Source: Chiloscyllium plagiosum (taxonomy: Eukaryota). Taken from it: a DNA stretch of 60,096 nt. Made by a program: the position numbers and the translations under genes. The DNA lies in the NCBI RefSeq assembly GCF_004010195.1, contig NC_057757.1, positions 2,588,327 to 2,648,422 of the forward strand, given 5' to 3'. Below the pieces are notes generated by a model. It searched no databases. It had not been told where the DNA came from and was given only the letters and a program-made list of their open reading frames with translations. The stretch's first letter is position 1. The number at the start of each line of letters is the position of its first letter. Positions 22,856-34,140 of this stretch are shown here, one piece after another.

Positions 22856-25800
22856 TTACATGGTGGTCTTTCCCCACCACGCCTTGGCGGCAGCTGCCCC
22901 AAGCTTCAGCGCGTCCCTCAACACATAGTCCTGGACCTTGGAATGTGCCAGTCTGCAACACTCAGTCGGGGTCAACTCCTTCAGCTGGAAGATCAACAGG
23001 TTTCGGACCACCCAGAGAGCGTCCTTCACCGAGTTGATGATCTTCCAGGCGCAGTTGATGTTCGTCTCGGTGTGCGTCCCGGGGAACAGGCCGTAGAGCA
23101 CGGAGTCCCGCGTCACAGTGCTGCTCGGGATGAACCTTGACAAACCTCACTGTATTCCTCTCCAGACTTCCTCTGCATAGGCACATTCCACAAGGAGGTG
23201 TGTGACAGTCTCGCTCCCCCCGCAGCCGCTTCGAGGGCAGCGTGCGGTGCGGCAGAGAGTCCGGGCGTACATAAAGGATCTCACAGGCAGAGCCCTTCTC
23301 ACCACCAGCCAAGCCATGTCTTGGTGCTTGTTGGAAAGTTCTGGCGATGAGGCATTCTGCCAAATGGCTTTGACAGTCTGCTCAGGGAACCGCTCGATAG
23401 GATCCGCCCTCTCCTTTTCCCGAAGGGTCTCAAGGACACTACGTGCTGACCACTTCCTGATGGACTTGTGGTCAAAGGTGTTTTTCTTCATAAACTTCTC
23501 CACGAAGAACAGGTGATCTTTTATGGATGTTGGGCAGGCTTTGAGAGTCAGGAAGTCAGTCTTCTGTTGCAGGCTTCCCAGCGTCTGACCTGCTGTTGTA
23601 TCCACTGTATTGATATGGTAAGTACAATTCAATTGCTGGTCAATGATAAATTACCAAATTATTAATCAAATTGTTCATTATTCAGTTACTGCAAACAGCT
23701 CCCGAAATTCTTAATCCATTTCTTTAAAGATACCTCAAAGAGTTAATGCAAAGTGTGATTAGTTCTGGTTATAGAAAGCTGAATATGCTGAATCTCACTC
23801 AATTATTCCCAGAGGAGATCTTACATAGTGACAGCAATGTCCAGGTGTGAGGTGGAAGTGGCTCATGAGGCACAGTGTTGTAACTGCCTTGTTGCAGTTT
23901 TACTGTCAGATTAGTGTGTTTTACATTTCAGCAGATATTCAGGCAGCAGGTGGAACAGGATGGTGACTCAACTGGGTGACGTATAGGCAAAGTTGCAAAT
24001 GTTAAATCAGCAGCTGTGAAAGGAAACTTCCTGATCCCAAATGACTGTCCTATTTATACTGCAAAGGCACGAAAGAGTGTCAGCAAATTTAATGGCTATC
24101 TAGCAATGTTGCTTTTTAATGAATATTTTGCACAGTTTGCTCAGTAGAATTATGGGCAGTTGCTCCACTAAGAGCGACACTGACTAGATTTTACCAAGAT
24201 GTTTGGTACACATCCTTTATTGATCAGAGCATTGAGTAGAGGTGTTGATCTGGTCGATTAGGCCTTTTTTTGGAATACTACCTTCAATTCTGGTCAATCG
24301 TATCTCTGAGGAGTGCGAGACTCTCAGCAATCGTCCTGCCCGGTACAGCACAGGTTTGGTCAGGGTGAATCACCGACCCCAGAGCAGACCTGACCCAGTT
24401 GGCAATGACCTTTGACAAGATTTTGTAGTCTGTGTTTAACAGTGAGATTGGTCTCCAATTTCTAATTTCCTCCCTCTCCCCCTTCTACTTGTAGATGAGG
24501 GTGATGATGCCTTTCCTCATGGATTCACTCATAGTACCTGCCCGAAGCATACTGACATACACCTCCAGCAGGTCCCGGCCAATCAAGTCCCAAAGAATAG
24601 ATTTCGACCAGTAAGCCGTCACTTCCGGGAGTTTTATTCTTTTCGAAGGACTCGAGGGCCTTGGTCAGCTCATCCAGAGATAGCGGCTGGTCCAGCCTCT
24701 CCCATGTTCCGTCGTCTAGGACCTCCGTGATAGAGGACAGGGATGACTGGGAGGCCGTGCTGTCGATTGGCTTCGAGTCATACAGACTGGCATAGAAGGA
24801 TTTACTGATCCTCATGATGTCAGCCTGAGATGACGTTGCCGAGCCATCTTCTTCCTTCAGGCTGCAGAGCACGGGGCTCTCTTTGTGCACCTTCTGGATG
24901 AAGAAACGTGAGCAGGTCTCGTCTTGCTCCACCGAGCGGACCCTGGACCGGAAGATTATCTTGGAGGCCTCCGAGGCAAAGAGCGAGGCTTGCTGGCCCT
25001 TCACCTCCTGGCCCTTCACCTCTGTGACATCGACCCCCATTGTCTGCAGCAGGAGCAGGTTCTGCATACTTTCCTGGAGTTGGGACAGTTTTCCCCGCCT
25101 CTCTCTCGCCTCCTGAACAACTTTGAGGGTGAAGAACCTCTTGATGTTCCCTTTTACTGTTTCCCACCAGTCCACTTGGGACTAAAAGAGGGGCTTCGCG
25201 GTTCTCCAACCTGCGTAGTCCCTCTTGAGCTCCTCGATGTTACCCGAGGTCAACAGCTTGGTGTTCAGTTTCCGCGTTCCCTTACCAGCCCGCTGCTCGT
25301 CCTGTAGGTGACAATTGGCCAGCAGGAGGCAGTGGTCGGAGAAGAACACGGCTTGACGTCGGTGGATCTGACCGAGAGCGTTCGGGACACAAACAGGTAA
25401 TCTATCCTTGAGCGGATAGACCCGTCTGCCCGTGACCAGGTGTATCTACGCTGCGCTCTGTCTGCAGGGGTGCTGAAGACGTCGTGCAGCTTGGCATCTT
25501 TGACCGTGTCCATCAGGGCTCTGGACGTGGCGTCCAGTTTAGTGTCCCCCCCGGCCGGATCATCCATCTGCATCGATGATACAGTTGAAGTCTCCGGCCA
25601 GAATGACCGGCCTGGACGTAGCCAGCAACAGTGGAAGCTGGTGCAGGACGGCCAACCGTTCACTCTTACCCGCTGGGGCGTACACATTGATTAGTCTCAC
25701 GGGAGCGTTTCTGTAGGTAACATCAGCAACGAGGAGGCGCCCGCCCACCACCTCCTTAACCTCGGAGATGGTGAAGTTGCCTCCCCGTAACAGGATACCC

Positions 25801-26015
25801 AGGCCCGAGGAGCGGTTATCGTTGCCCCCCGACCACACTGACGGCCCATGGGCCCACAAGCTCGACCATCTCCTGTAACTGCTGAGGTGCGGTATCCCAC
25901 ACTCCTGCAGGAACAGGACATCGGCTTTCACGTTGGCCAGGAAGGCCAGTGTTGAAACACATTGTGCAGCAGATTTTATGCTGCGCACATTAATAGTTGC
26001 AATTTTTAACCCCAT
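22856..26015 (-). pseudogene. Tx1 ORF2 (APE endonuclease, partial RT, C-terminal zinc finger), disrupted
   Basis: MGLKIATINVRS..FLQEC..NVYAP..ILAGDFN..SRIDY; KTPGSDG; CPRSGCGGSETVTHLLVEC; frameshifts; central RT replaced by foreign DNA. Confidence 0.85.
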
Positions 26016-26130
26016 TTTGTTAACAGGTTGTAAGGTTACCCATGTCCGATTGTCACTGGTCCTGCCCCTCTGGGGTAGCTGTCTGCATCCCCACGCAGCA
26101 CGCAAACTGCTGGACCCTCACAGGGCTGAT

Positions 26131-27494
26131 TTAGCTGTCCAGTTCCTCACTCGGCCCATTTGCCCGCTTCGGTGTCATCGGGCCGAGACCAGGGTCCACG
26201 CTGTCTGTTTCTATATCCGACAGCGGGGCTGTCAGAGGGTCGCTGCTCCCAGTGACCTGGAGCTGTGTGGCGGTGGGGCCCTCTTGGCTTTCACCTGGTG
26301 GGGGGTGGTAGTTTCCCATTTCCTCAAGAGGTTCGTCCCTTGGTTGGCAGTTGCTGCTCTCCTTTCTCCTCTCAGCGCTCTGCCTCTTCTTTTGGTGATG
26401 ACCCTCCTTATGCCCGTCCTCACCCTCCGAACAGCTGTCCGTGTCTTCCACCTGCAGCTGCCTTTTCCCCTTTTTCTGGGAGGTCTTGGTGGCCGGGTGG
26501 GTTTTCCTCCTCTTGTTTTGCACCACAGTCCATTCCTCTGCCTCCTTCTTTCCCTTCTCCACCTCCTCCTCCTCCGCCTGTCCTGTCGGAGATTCGCTCG
26601 GCAGCTGTCCCTCTCCGGTAGCTGTCCCTCTCCGGTAGCTGTCATCTGCTTTGTTCAGGCCTGTCCTTCCTTTTGCATGCCCCCAGACACCATTCCCTTG
26701 CCGGTTTGCGGTGCCTTGCCGTCCTTTTGTGGCCCGCCTCCGGCCATCTGCGTGTAGGTGGCGGCCCCTCGTCTTGGGCAGGCCCTGTACACGTGGCCTG
26801 CCTCCCCGCACAGATTGCAGTTCTTTTCCTCTTTGCATTCTTTGGTCGGGTGACCCTCCTTCTTGCAGTTCCGACAGATTGTGACCTTGCAGTCCGCCGC
26901 CATGTAGCCTGACCTCCCACAGGTTCGGCACACTTTCGGCTGCCCTGCATAAGTCAGGTACTCTCTGCTCCCTCCGATAGCAAAGCTGGAGGGTGGGTGG
27001 AGGATATTCCCGCTGGCATCAACCCTCAGGGTTAACTTGACCTGTCGTAAGCTGGTCCAGATCCCGAAAGGGTCAACCACATTGGTGCTTTATCCCTCGA
27101 CCTGCACATATCTTCCCAGGAACGTCAGGACATCGGTTGCTGGCAAGTAGGGGTTGTACATGTGGACCGTAACAACCCGACTCCTCTGTGCAGGAAGCAC
27201 ACACAACGGGACCGCCGACAAGATGGAGAACAGCGGCTCCCCTTCCTTCTCCTTGAAGACCTTCAGGAGCTGCTCACATTGCTTCATGCTCCTGAAGGTG
27301 ACGTCAAAGTAGCCTGCCCCAGGGAAATCCTGCAGGCAGTACACATCTGCTGCGGCGAATCCACAGCACTCGAACAACACCTTCTTGACGAACACCGTCC
27401 GATCGACTGGTGTACGCTCTTCCACCTTCTTGACAGTCACCCGGACTGTGTTGCGAACGCCCTGGCCTGGGGTGCGAGCAGCTGTTGAGGCCAT
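26131..27494 (-). pseudogene. Tx1 ORF1 (ZCCHC3-like, three zinc knuckles), disrupted
   Basis: MASTAARTPGQGVRNTVRV...YFDVTF; CRTCGRSGYMAADC, CRNCKKEGHPTKEC, CNLCGEAGHVYRAC; stops at 27090 and 26655 and a 17-bp duplication frameshift. Confidence 0.85.
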
Positions 27495-27652
27495 AGCTCT
27501 GAGGTTGGCTGGTCCCTGAATTGGCGTTAGGCCGAAGCCAGCATGAAGATCCACCAATAGCAGGTCAGCACAACCAAACGATCCTCTAATGTCCAATCAC
27601 GATCCAGCGATGATCTCCACTAGCTCTGATGACTCGCAACTTGACTCCTGTC

Positions 27653-27699
27653 CTGATAAGAACAGACACTTGATCTTAGCCAAAAGGCCGAGAAGCGAT
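27653..27699 (-). pseudogene. U2 snRNA 5' fragment (nt 1-52, 5-nt deletion) forming the retrotransposon 5' end
   Basis: ATCGCTTCTCGGCCTTTTGGCTAAGATCAAGTGT then CTGTTCTTATCAG equals vertebrate U2 nt 1-34 plus 40-52. Confidence 0.92.
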
Positions 27700-30040
27700 C
27701 CAAGAGGGTTTCTTGGAACAGTATGTGGATAGTCAAACTGCAGGAGGAGCCATACTGGACCTTGTAATGGCTAGTGAGCCTGGCAAGGTGACTGACCTTT
27801 TAGTGGGTGCACATTTTGGAAACAGTGGTCACAACCCCTTAAGTTTTAAGATTGATATGAATAAGGATAAGTCAAGACCTTGTGGGAATGTACTAAACTG
27901 GGGAAGGGCAAATTATGTCAGTATTAGGCAGGAACTAGGGAGTATTCATTGGGAGGAGCTTGTTATTGGGCAAGTCCACATTTGGCATGTGGGAATTGTT
28001 TAAAGACCTACTGATCAGAGTTGAGGACTGGCATGTTCTTAAGGATGAAAGACAAGGATGGCAAGGTAAGGGACCCTTAGATAATGAGGGAGGTTCTGAA
28101 TTTAGCCAAAAGGGAAAAAGGGGCATATGTAAATTTTCGAAAATTGGACAAGGCCCATGAGGAATATAAAGAAAGCAGAGTAGAACTCAAGCAGGAAATT
28201 AGGAGAGCAAGAAGGGGCCATGAAATGACCTTGGAGAGTAGGGTTAAAGAGAATCCCAAGGCATTCTATCTTGACATTAAAAATAAAAGGAAAGCTAAAG
28301 AGAAGGTAAGACCACTCCACAATAAAGGAGGGAACTTATGTTTGGATGAGATCCTAAATGAGTGCTTTGCACTGGTGTTCACCCAGGAGAAGGATATGGA
28401 GGATAGTGAGATTAGAGTGGAGCATGCTAATATGCTAGGGCATTTTGAGATCAAGGAAAAAGTGGTAGTGGGTCTCTTGAAGAGTATTAAGGTAGATAAA
28501 TTTCCAGGGCCTGATAGTTTCTACCCCAGGTTATTGAGACAGGCGAGAGAGGAGATTGCTGGGGCCTTGACCAAGATTTCTGCATCCTCACTAGTCACTG
28601 GTGTGGTCCTGCAGGACTGGCGAGTAGGTAATATTGTTACTCTGTTCAAGAAGGGAAATAGTAATAATTGAGGATGGTGAGTCTCACTTCAGTAGTTGGG
28701 AAGCTATTGAAGAGAATTCTTAGGGATAGAATTTACGCATATTTGGAAAAGTGTGGCCTAATTAAGTACATCCAAGAGGGTTTCTTGAAACAGTATGTGG
28801 ATAGTCCAACTGCCGTACTGAACCTTGTATTGGCTTTGAGCGGGACAGGTCATGTCTTACTAACTTAATTACATTTTTCGAGGAGATGGCAAAGTGATCA
28901 TTGAGGGTAGAGCAGTGGATGTTGTCTGTATGGATTTTAGTAAGGCTTTAAACAAGATCCCTCAATGGTAGGTTCATGTAGAAGATTAAGATGCATGGAA
29001 TCCATGGTAACTTGGCCATTTGCAATCAGAGTTGGCTTGCCCAAAGAAGGCAGAGGATAGTGGTGGGAGGGTGACTTTCAGGCTGGAGATCTGAGACTGG
29101 TGGTGTTCTGCATAGATCCCATACTCTGCTATTTGTGATATATGTAAATTACTTGGATGAAAATGTAGATTTTAGCAAGTTTGCAGTAGACACAAAGATC
29201 GATGGGGTTGTAGAATGTTATCAAAGGATACACATCAAAGGATATAGATCAGCTGCAGATATGGGCAAGAAAATAGCAGATGAAGTTTAATCCCAGTAAG
29301 CGTGAGGTGCTGTACTTTGGGACATAAATGTGAAGGAAATGTATCCAGTTAATGGCGGGACCCTGAACAGCATTGATATACAGAGGGATCTGAGGGTTCA
29401 AGTCCATAGTTCCCTGAAAGTGGCCACCCAAGTGGATAGGCTGGTAAAGAAGGCATAAGGCATGCTTGCTTTTATTGGTTGGGGAATTGAGTACAAGAGT
29501 CAGGATGTCATGTTGCAGCTTTATGAGAGTTTGGTTAGGCCAAACACTGAAGAGTATTGCATTCAGTTCTGGTCGCCACATTACAGGAAAGATGTGGAGA
29601 GTTTAGAGAGGGTGCAGAAGGATGATGTGTGGATTAAATGGTATAAGCTATAAGGAGAGGCGAGAAATTCTCAGGTTGTTTTCTCTGGAGCAGCGGAAGC
29701 TGAAGGGTGATTTGGTAGCAGTCTATAAAATTATGAGATGCATAGATAGGGATGACGGTCAGAATCTTTTTTCCCAGAGTTAAAATATCTAATACTAGGG
29801 GCATGCATTTGAGATGATGGAGGGAACGTTTTTTACAGAGTGTGGTAGGAGTCTGGAATGTGCTGCCAGGGATGATGGTGGAAGCACATACAAAAGAAGC
29901 ATTCAGGAGACATTTAGATAAGCACGTGAATCTGCAAGAAATGGAGGGATATGGATCAAGATTAAGCAGAAGGGATTAGTTTAATTTGGTATCATGTTCA
30001 GCACAACATGGTGGGCCAAAAGGTCCATTCCTGTGCTATA
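27698..30040 (+). mobile_element. CR1 LINE ORF2 remainder and 3' end, right of the Tx1 insertion
   Basis: AILDLV, KENPKAFY, KFPGPDS, VSLTSVVGK, YCIQFWSPHYRKD fragments in order. Confidence 0.88.
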
Positions 30041-30234
30041 TTAAATAAATGAAGGTTTCACTGAACCGGAAACAATAACACTTTCTCTCCACAGATGCTA
30101 CCAGACCTACTACAATTCTCCAGAAATTTCTGATTTGGTTAAGGAAAGAAGTTTGATTTTTGAGCAACCCTAACATTGTAGATATTACAGTAAAATCCCT
30201 GCAGCCCCTCATAAAAAACTATTTGTTTATTCTG

Positions 30235-30366
30235 ATTCCTGATGAAGGGCTTTTGCCCGAAACGTTGATTTTCCTGCTCCTCCGATGCTGCCTGACCTGC
30301 TGTGCTTTTCCAGCACCACTCTAATCTAGACTCTGGTTTCCAGCATCTGCAGTCCTTGTTTTTACC
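30235..30366 (+). mobile_element. Penelope-related short element with a family-A hammerhead motif (30239-30266)
   Basis: CTGATGA-A-GGGC-TTTT-GCCC-GAAACGTT followed by the shared gatgctgcctgacctgctgtgcttttccagca body. Confidence 0.7.
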
Positions 30367-30408
30367 GATAAACTGTTTGTAGCCAACCCAATTCAATAAA
30401 TGATGCAC

Positions 30409-30504
30409 CTTTTTTCCCAATTCTTTGTTGGTTTTCTTCTTGTTGATTGAGCAAGTCCTTCTCAGCAGCAGGAGTTCCACTTGTATTAGTACAGCAAGAT
30501 TCAC
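30409..30504 (-). CDS. Putative linker exon of the CARD-VLIG gene
   Basis: ctcttgactcag|GT GAA...AAA AAA G|gtgcat; (G)ESCCTNTSGTPAAEKDLLNQQEENQQRIGKK; 96 nt, phase 1 to 1; alternative in-frame acceptor at 30528; donor is weak. Confidence 0.55.
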
Positions 30505-30675
30505 CTGAGTCAAGAGAACAAACAGACCCTGTAAACCATACAAAGCATTGAAATAGTACTAGTTCAGCAGGAAGGTAGGAACAGGAGAAGTGAGTTCTCC
30601 CCTCAAGGCTGTTTACCATCAATGAGGTCATAGCTGACCCACAGCTTGACTCTCTGTATATCAGTATCCTCGGTA

Positions 30676-30920
30676 GCACGGTGACTCTGTGGTTAGCACT
30701 GCTATCTTGCAGCATCAAGGACCTAGGTTCAATTCTACCCTTGGGTGACTGTCAATGTGGAATTTGTGTGCAGTCCCCGTGTCTGCATGGGTTTCCAGTT
30801 TCCTCCCACAGTCCAAAGATGTGCAGATTAGGTGCATTGGCTGTACTAAATTGCCCGTAGCATCCTGGAATGTGCAAACTAGGTGGATAGGCTGCAGGAA
30901 ATGCAGGTTTATAGGGTTGG
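30676..30920 (+). mobile_element. HE1-type V-SINE
   Basis: gcacggtgactctgtggttagcactgct head and conserved body. Confidence 0.8.
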
Positions 30921-31321
30921 GTTGCTGTGGACTTAGTGCCTAAAAATCTGCTTAACAATTGTCAGTACTTCTCAATGGAAGCTTACAAACACAATGAAAA
31001 TTGTTGAAGGAAGATACTTAATTTAATGAAGTATGAAGTGGTAAAAAGACTGTGGGCTGTTGTGCTTCACTCTTAGCTGGCCGTGAACTCTTACTATGCT
31101 GCTTTTAGAAGACTCCCACTTTTCCAATGTAGACTTAACTGCAGGTAGCTGCTACCAGTGTGCGTTTGCCAGATCCTGTCTACTGATATTGAAATCAGCC
31201 TCACCCCCCCTCAATTTAGAGACCTAACTTCTGCACTATTCTTATCCCTTTCCATATGATTTTGAAACTTACAGGGTCTGATTGTGAATTTAGTAATACT
31301 GACTTGCAAGCTCCAACTCAC

Positions 31322-31625
31322 CTCTTGTGGCAAGATTAAATCCAACCAATATTTCATCCACTCCTGGGAATTCACTCTGTAAACTTTGCAGAACTCTTAG
31401 AAAGATCTCACAAGTCTCCTCTCCCTTCAGAACCACAGTGTTTATAATTGTTCTGATCTTATCCTTGGGATCTGTGATCCCATCAATACGATTATACTCA
31501 TCCACTTTGAAGATGAGCATCGCATCGAACTCATCAAGGAGAACGTTTGGTTGCTCTTTCAGAATGTCAATGAGCGTTCTGCGATTTTTCCGTAGAATGT
31601 CTGATGGAATCTGTTCCGAAGCCAT
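31322..31625 (-). CDS. CARD-domain exon (CARD6-like), first coding exon of the CARD-VLIG gene
   Basis: MASEQIPSDILRKNRRTLIDIL...DEY...KGEETCEIFLRVL is a typical CARD; Kozak aaaATGG; acceptor at 31651; donor G|gtgagt at 31322 (phase 1). Confidence 0.85.
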
Positions 31626-32959
31626 TTTGTGGGACAGTTACTTAGCAACACCTGTGAGGAAATACAAAGTTGTTAGCCGAATCGTTAATAGACTTTGAAG
31701 CAATAAATTAGAAACATTAATTCTCTCTGTGCTATTCTTACCTTCTTCTATAACAATGTAAAATCTGAAGCTTGTTGATAGACTCAGAGCCAGTGCTCCT
31801 ACTATACCAATGAAAACTACAAAATTTAATTTAGTTGTGTTTGAACTGTAATTGTTTAAAAATAAAAGACACTTATTTATGCTCAGAATGATGCGCTGGC
31901 TTTGGAAGACCAGAGGAGGTTTACAAGAACAAACCTGGGGATGAAGGGCTTGACATGTGAGGAGTGGTTAAGGACTCTGGGTCTGTACTCGATGGAGTTT
32001 AGAAGAATCAGGGGGGAATCTGATTGAAACTTATAGAACACTGGACGAGGAGAAGGTATTTCCGTTAGTCACAGAGAGTAGTACCTGAGGCCACAGCCTC
32101 AGAGTGAAGGGATGACCCTTTAGAACTGAGATGAGGTGGAATTTCTTCAGCCAGAGGTTGGTGAATCTTAGAAATCCTACAGTGTGCAAATCAGGCCCTT
32201 CAGCCCAACAGCAACCCTCCAAAGAGTAACCCGTGCAGACCCATTCCCCCTACTCTATATTTACCCCTGACTAATGCACCTAACCTAGGCATCCCTGAAC
32301 ACTATGGGTAATTCAGTGTGGCCATTTCACCTGGCCTGCACATCTTTGTGCCCAACCAACACCTGGCCCAACCAATCAAGAACCTATCTATCTCTGTCTT
32401 AAAGACACTCGATGACAAAGCCTAGAAATTACACTAAAAAATAAGTGGCAATTCTTTGATTCATCCAAACCTTTAACTTTTCCATCCATTGGCAGGCACC
32501 AGGCTTTGTTTTGGACTCCCGAGTTATCAACTGAAGGACTGGTGCTTTCAGAGAGTCTAATATAATTCCCTGAAGATCCTCCCACCTTTTGCAAAACAGC
32601 AACATGTGATTTCCAATAAACACTGAGTATAGTTTCTATTGGTGGCATACGTCACTCCCGGGCAATAGTTACAATCACAATGTATGGATAATTCCTCAGA
32701 ATCTGTACTTGAAAGGCTGGATGTTTCTTCTCTTTCCTTTGACCTTGCACTACAGTATCAATGATATATGGAGATTACAGTGCTTATCTCAGGACAAATT
32801 AACCCTACAGAACAAGAAAATCCAATCTTTGATTTCCCTTGCTGTAGGGGAATAAAGATTAAAATAATAGCAATTGTCATTTTTGATAATGGATTGGATC
32901 AGTATGACAGCTTTGATAGAAAATTTGAGAATGGAATTGCAAACACAATTGCAAGCAAG

Positions 32960-33053
32960 GCATTCCTGAAGAAGGGCTTATGCCCGAAACGTCGATTCTC
33001 CTGTTCCCTGGATGCTGCCTGACCTGCTGCGCTTTTCCAGCAACACATTTCCA
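32960..33053 (+). mobile_element. Penelope-related short element with a family-A hammerhead motif (32966-32993)
   Basis: CTGAAGA-A-GGGC-TTAT-GCCC-GAAACGTC plus the shared body. Confidence 0.7.
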
Positions 33054-33524
33054 GTTCCGTAGTTAACCACGTGGAAGATCGTATCTGCATTTATAAGCAT
33101 CCTTCACAACCTCAAGGCATTTCCATGCTCTGTGTGGCCAAAAACATGGCTTTGAAGTGTATCTAGGACCCGTGGCAACCAATTTTCTCAGGGCAAAAAC
33201 TGACAGAGGCAATATATAGTGAACTAAGGGAATCAAAGAGTGATTTATGGCACATATTCAGCCCATTGAATTTATGCCTGCTCTCCAGAGCAATCCAGTC
33301 CAGCACATTCCCTTTTCTAACCTTATAGCCCCATGAGTCTGTTTCTTTTACGTGCTTATCCAATTTTCTTTTTGAATTATTGTCTTTGCTTCCACCACAC
33401 TCAAGAGCAGTGAGTTGCACATCATTATCACTCCCTCCAAGACAGGTTAATTCTCACACTCCCTCTTGAACAAATTCAGAAATCTGTGATCCCCCAATCC
33501 TTATCCCAACAGTCAGTAGAAGTC

Positions 33525-33835
33525 ATAGAATTCCTACAGTGTGGAAATAGGCCATTTGGCCCATTGAATCCACACCAACCCTCCACAGATCATCCCATCC
33601 AGACCCACCGCATCCCTGTTACCCTGCATTTCCCATGACTAATCCACCCAGCCTACACATCCCTGGACTCAATGGGACAATTTAGCATGGCCAGTCCACC
33701 CTCACCTGCATATCTTTGGACTGCAGGAGGAAACCAGAGCATCCAGAGGAAACCCATGGAGACGCAGGGAGAATGTGCAAACTCCACACAGACAGTCCCC
33801 CAAGGGTAGAATTGAACCCAGGTCCCTAGCACTGG
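33525..33835 (-). mobile_element. HE1-type V-SINE
   Basis: Reverse complement of the SINE tail, body and part of the head. Confidence 0.8.
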
Positions 33836-33915
33836 AGTGTACATGGCAAAGATGTTTCCGCCAGTAAGAGAGACAAGGACCCGAACGCACGGCCTCGGGG
33901 GGGGGGGGGGCGCGG

Positions 33916-33948
<33 letters not shown>

Positions 33949-34140
33949 ATGACCCGTTAAAATTGAGATGAGGAGGAATTTCTTAAGCCAGAGGGTGGTG
34001 AATCTGGGACTCTGCCACAGAGGGCTGTGGAGGCCAAGTCATTGAGTGTCTTTAGGACAGTGATAGGTAGATCAGTGAGGGGATCAAGGGTTATGGGGAG
34101 AAGGGGATTGAAAAACATATTAGCCATGATCAAGTGGCAG

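Larger units (their letters stand above)
22648..27699 (-). mobile_element. Tx1-clade (Keno-like) non-LTR retrotransposon with both ends, U2 snRNA-derived 5' head, internally rearranged
   Basis: ORF1 with zinc knuckles, ORF2 with APE, RT start and zf-RVT-like end, AATAAA and A-rich tail, TSD atccaagagggtttctt at 22631-22647 and 27698-27714. Confidence 0.92.

Noticed and set aside
24015-24033. GAAAGGAAACTTCC as an IRF/ETS site in the Tx1 filler
   Set aside because: Single short motif expected by chance, with no supporting context.
26131-27494. Host ZCCHC3 gene
   Set aside because: Disrupted, followed by ORF2 and bounded by TSDs, so it is retrotransposon ORF1.
27653-27699. Functional U2 snRNA gene
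   Set aside because: Only 47 nt, lacks the branch-recognition bases, Sm site and 3' half; upstream DNA is CR1.
31742-31765. Small non-coding exon of the CARD-VLIG gene (AAG|gtaaga donor)
   Set aside because: Plausible but supported only by splice-like motifs.
33896-33947. Long poly-G run as a G-quadruplex element
   Set aside because: Sits inside a LINE 3' fragment and may be a sequencing or assembly artefact.
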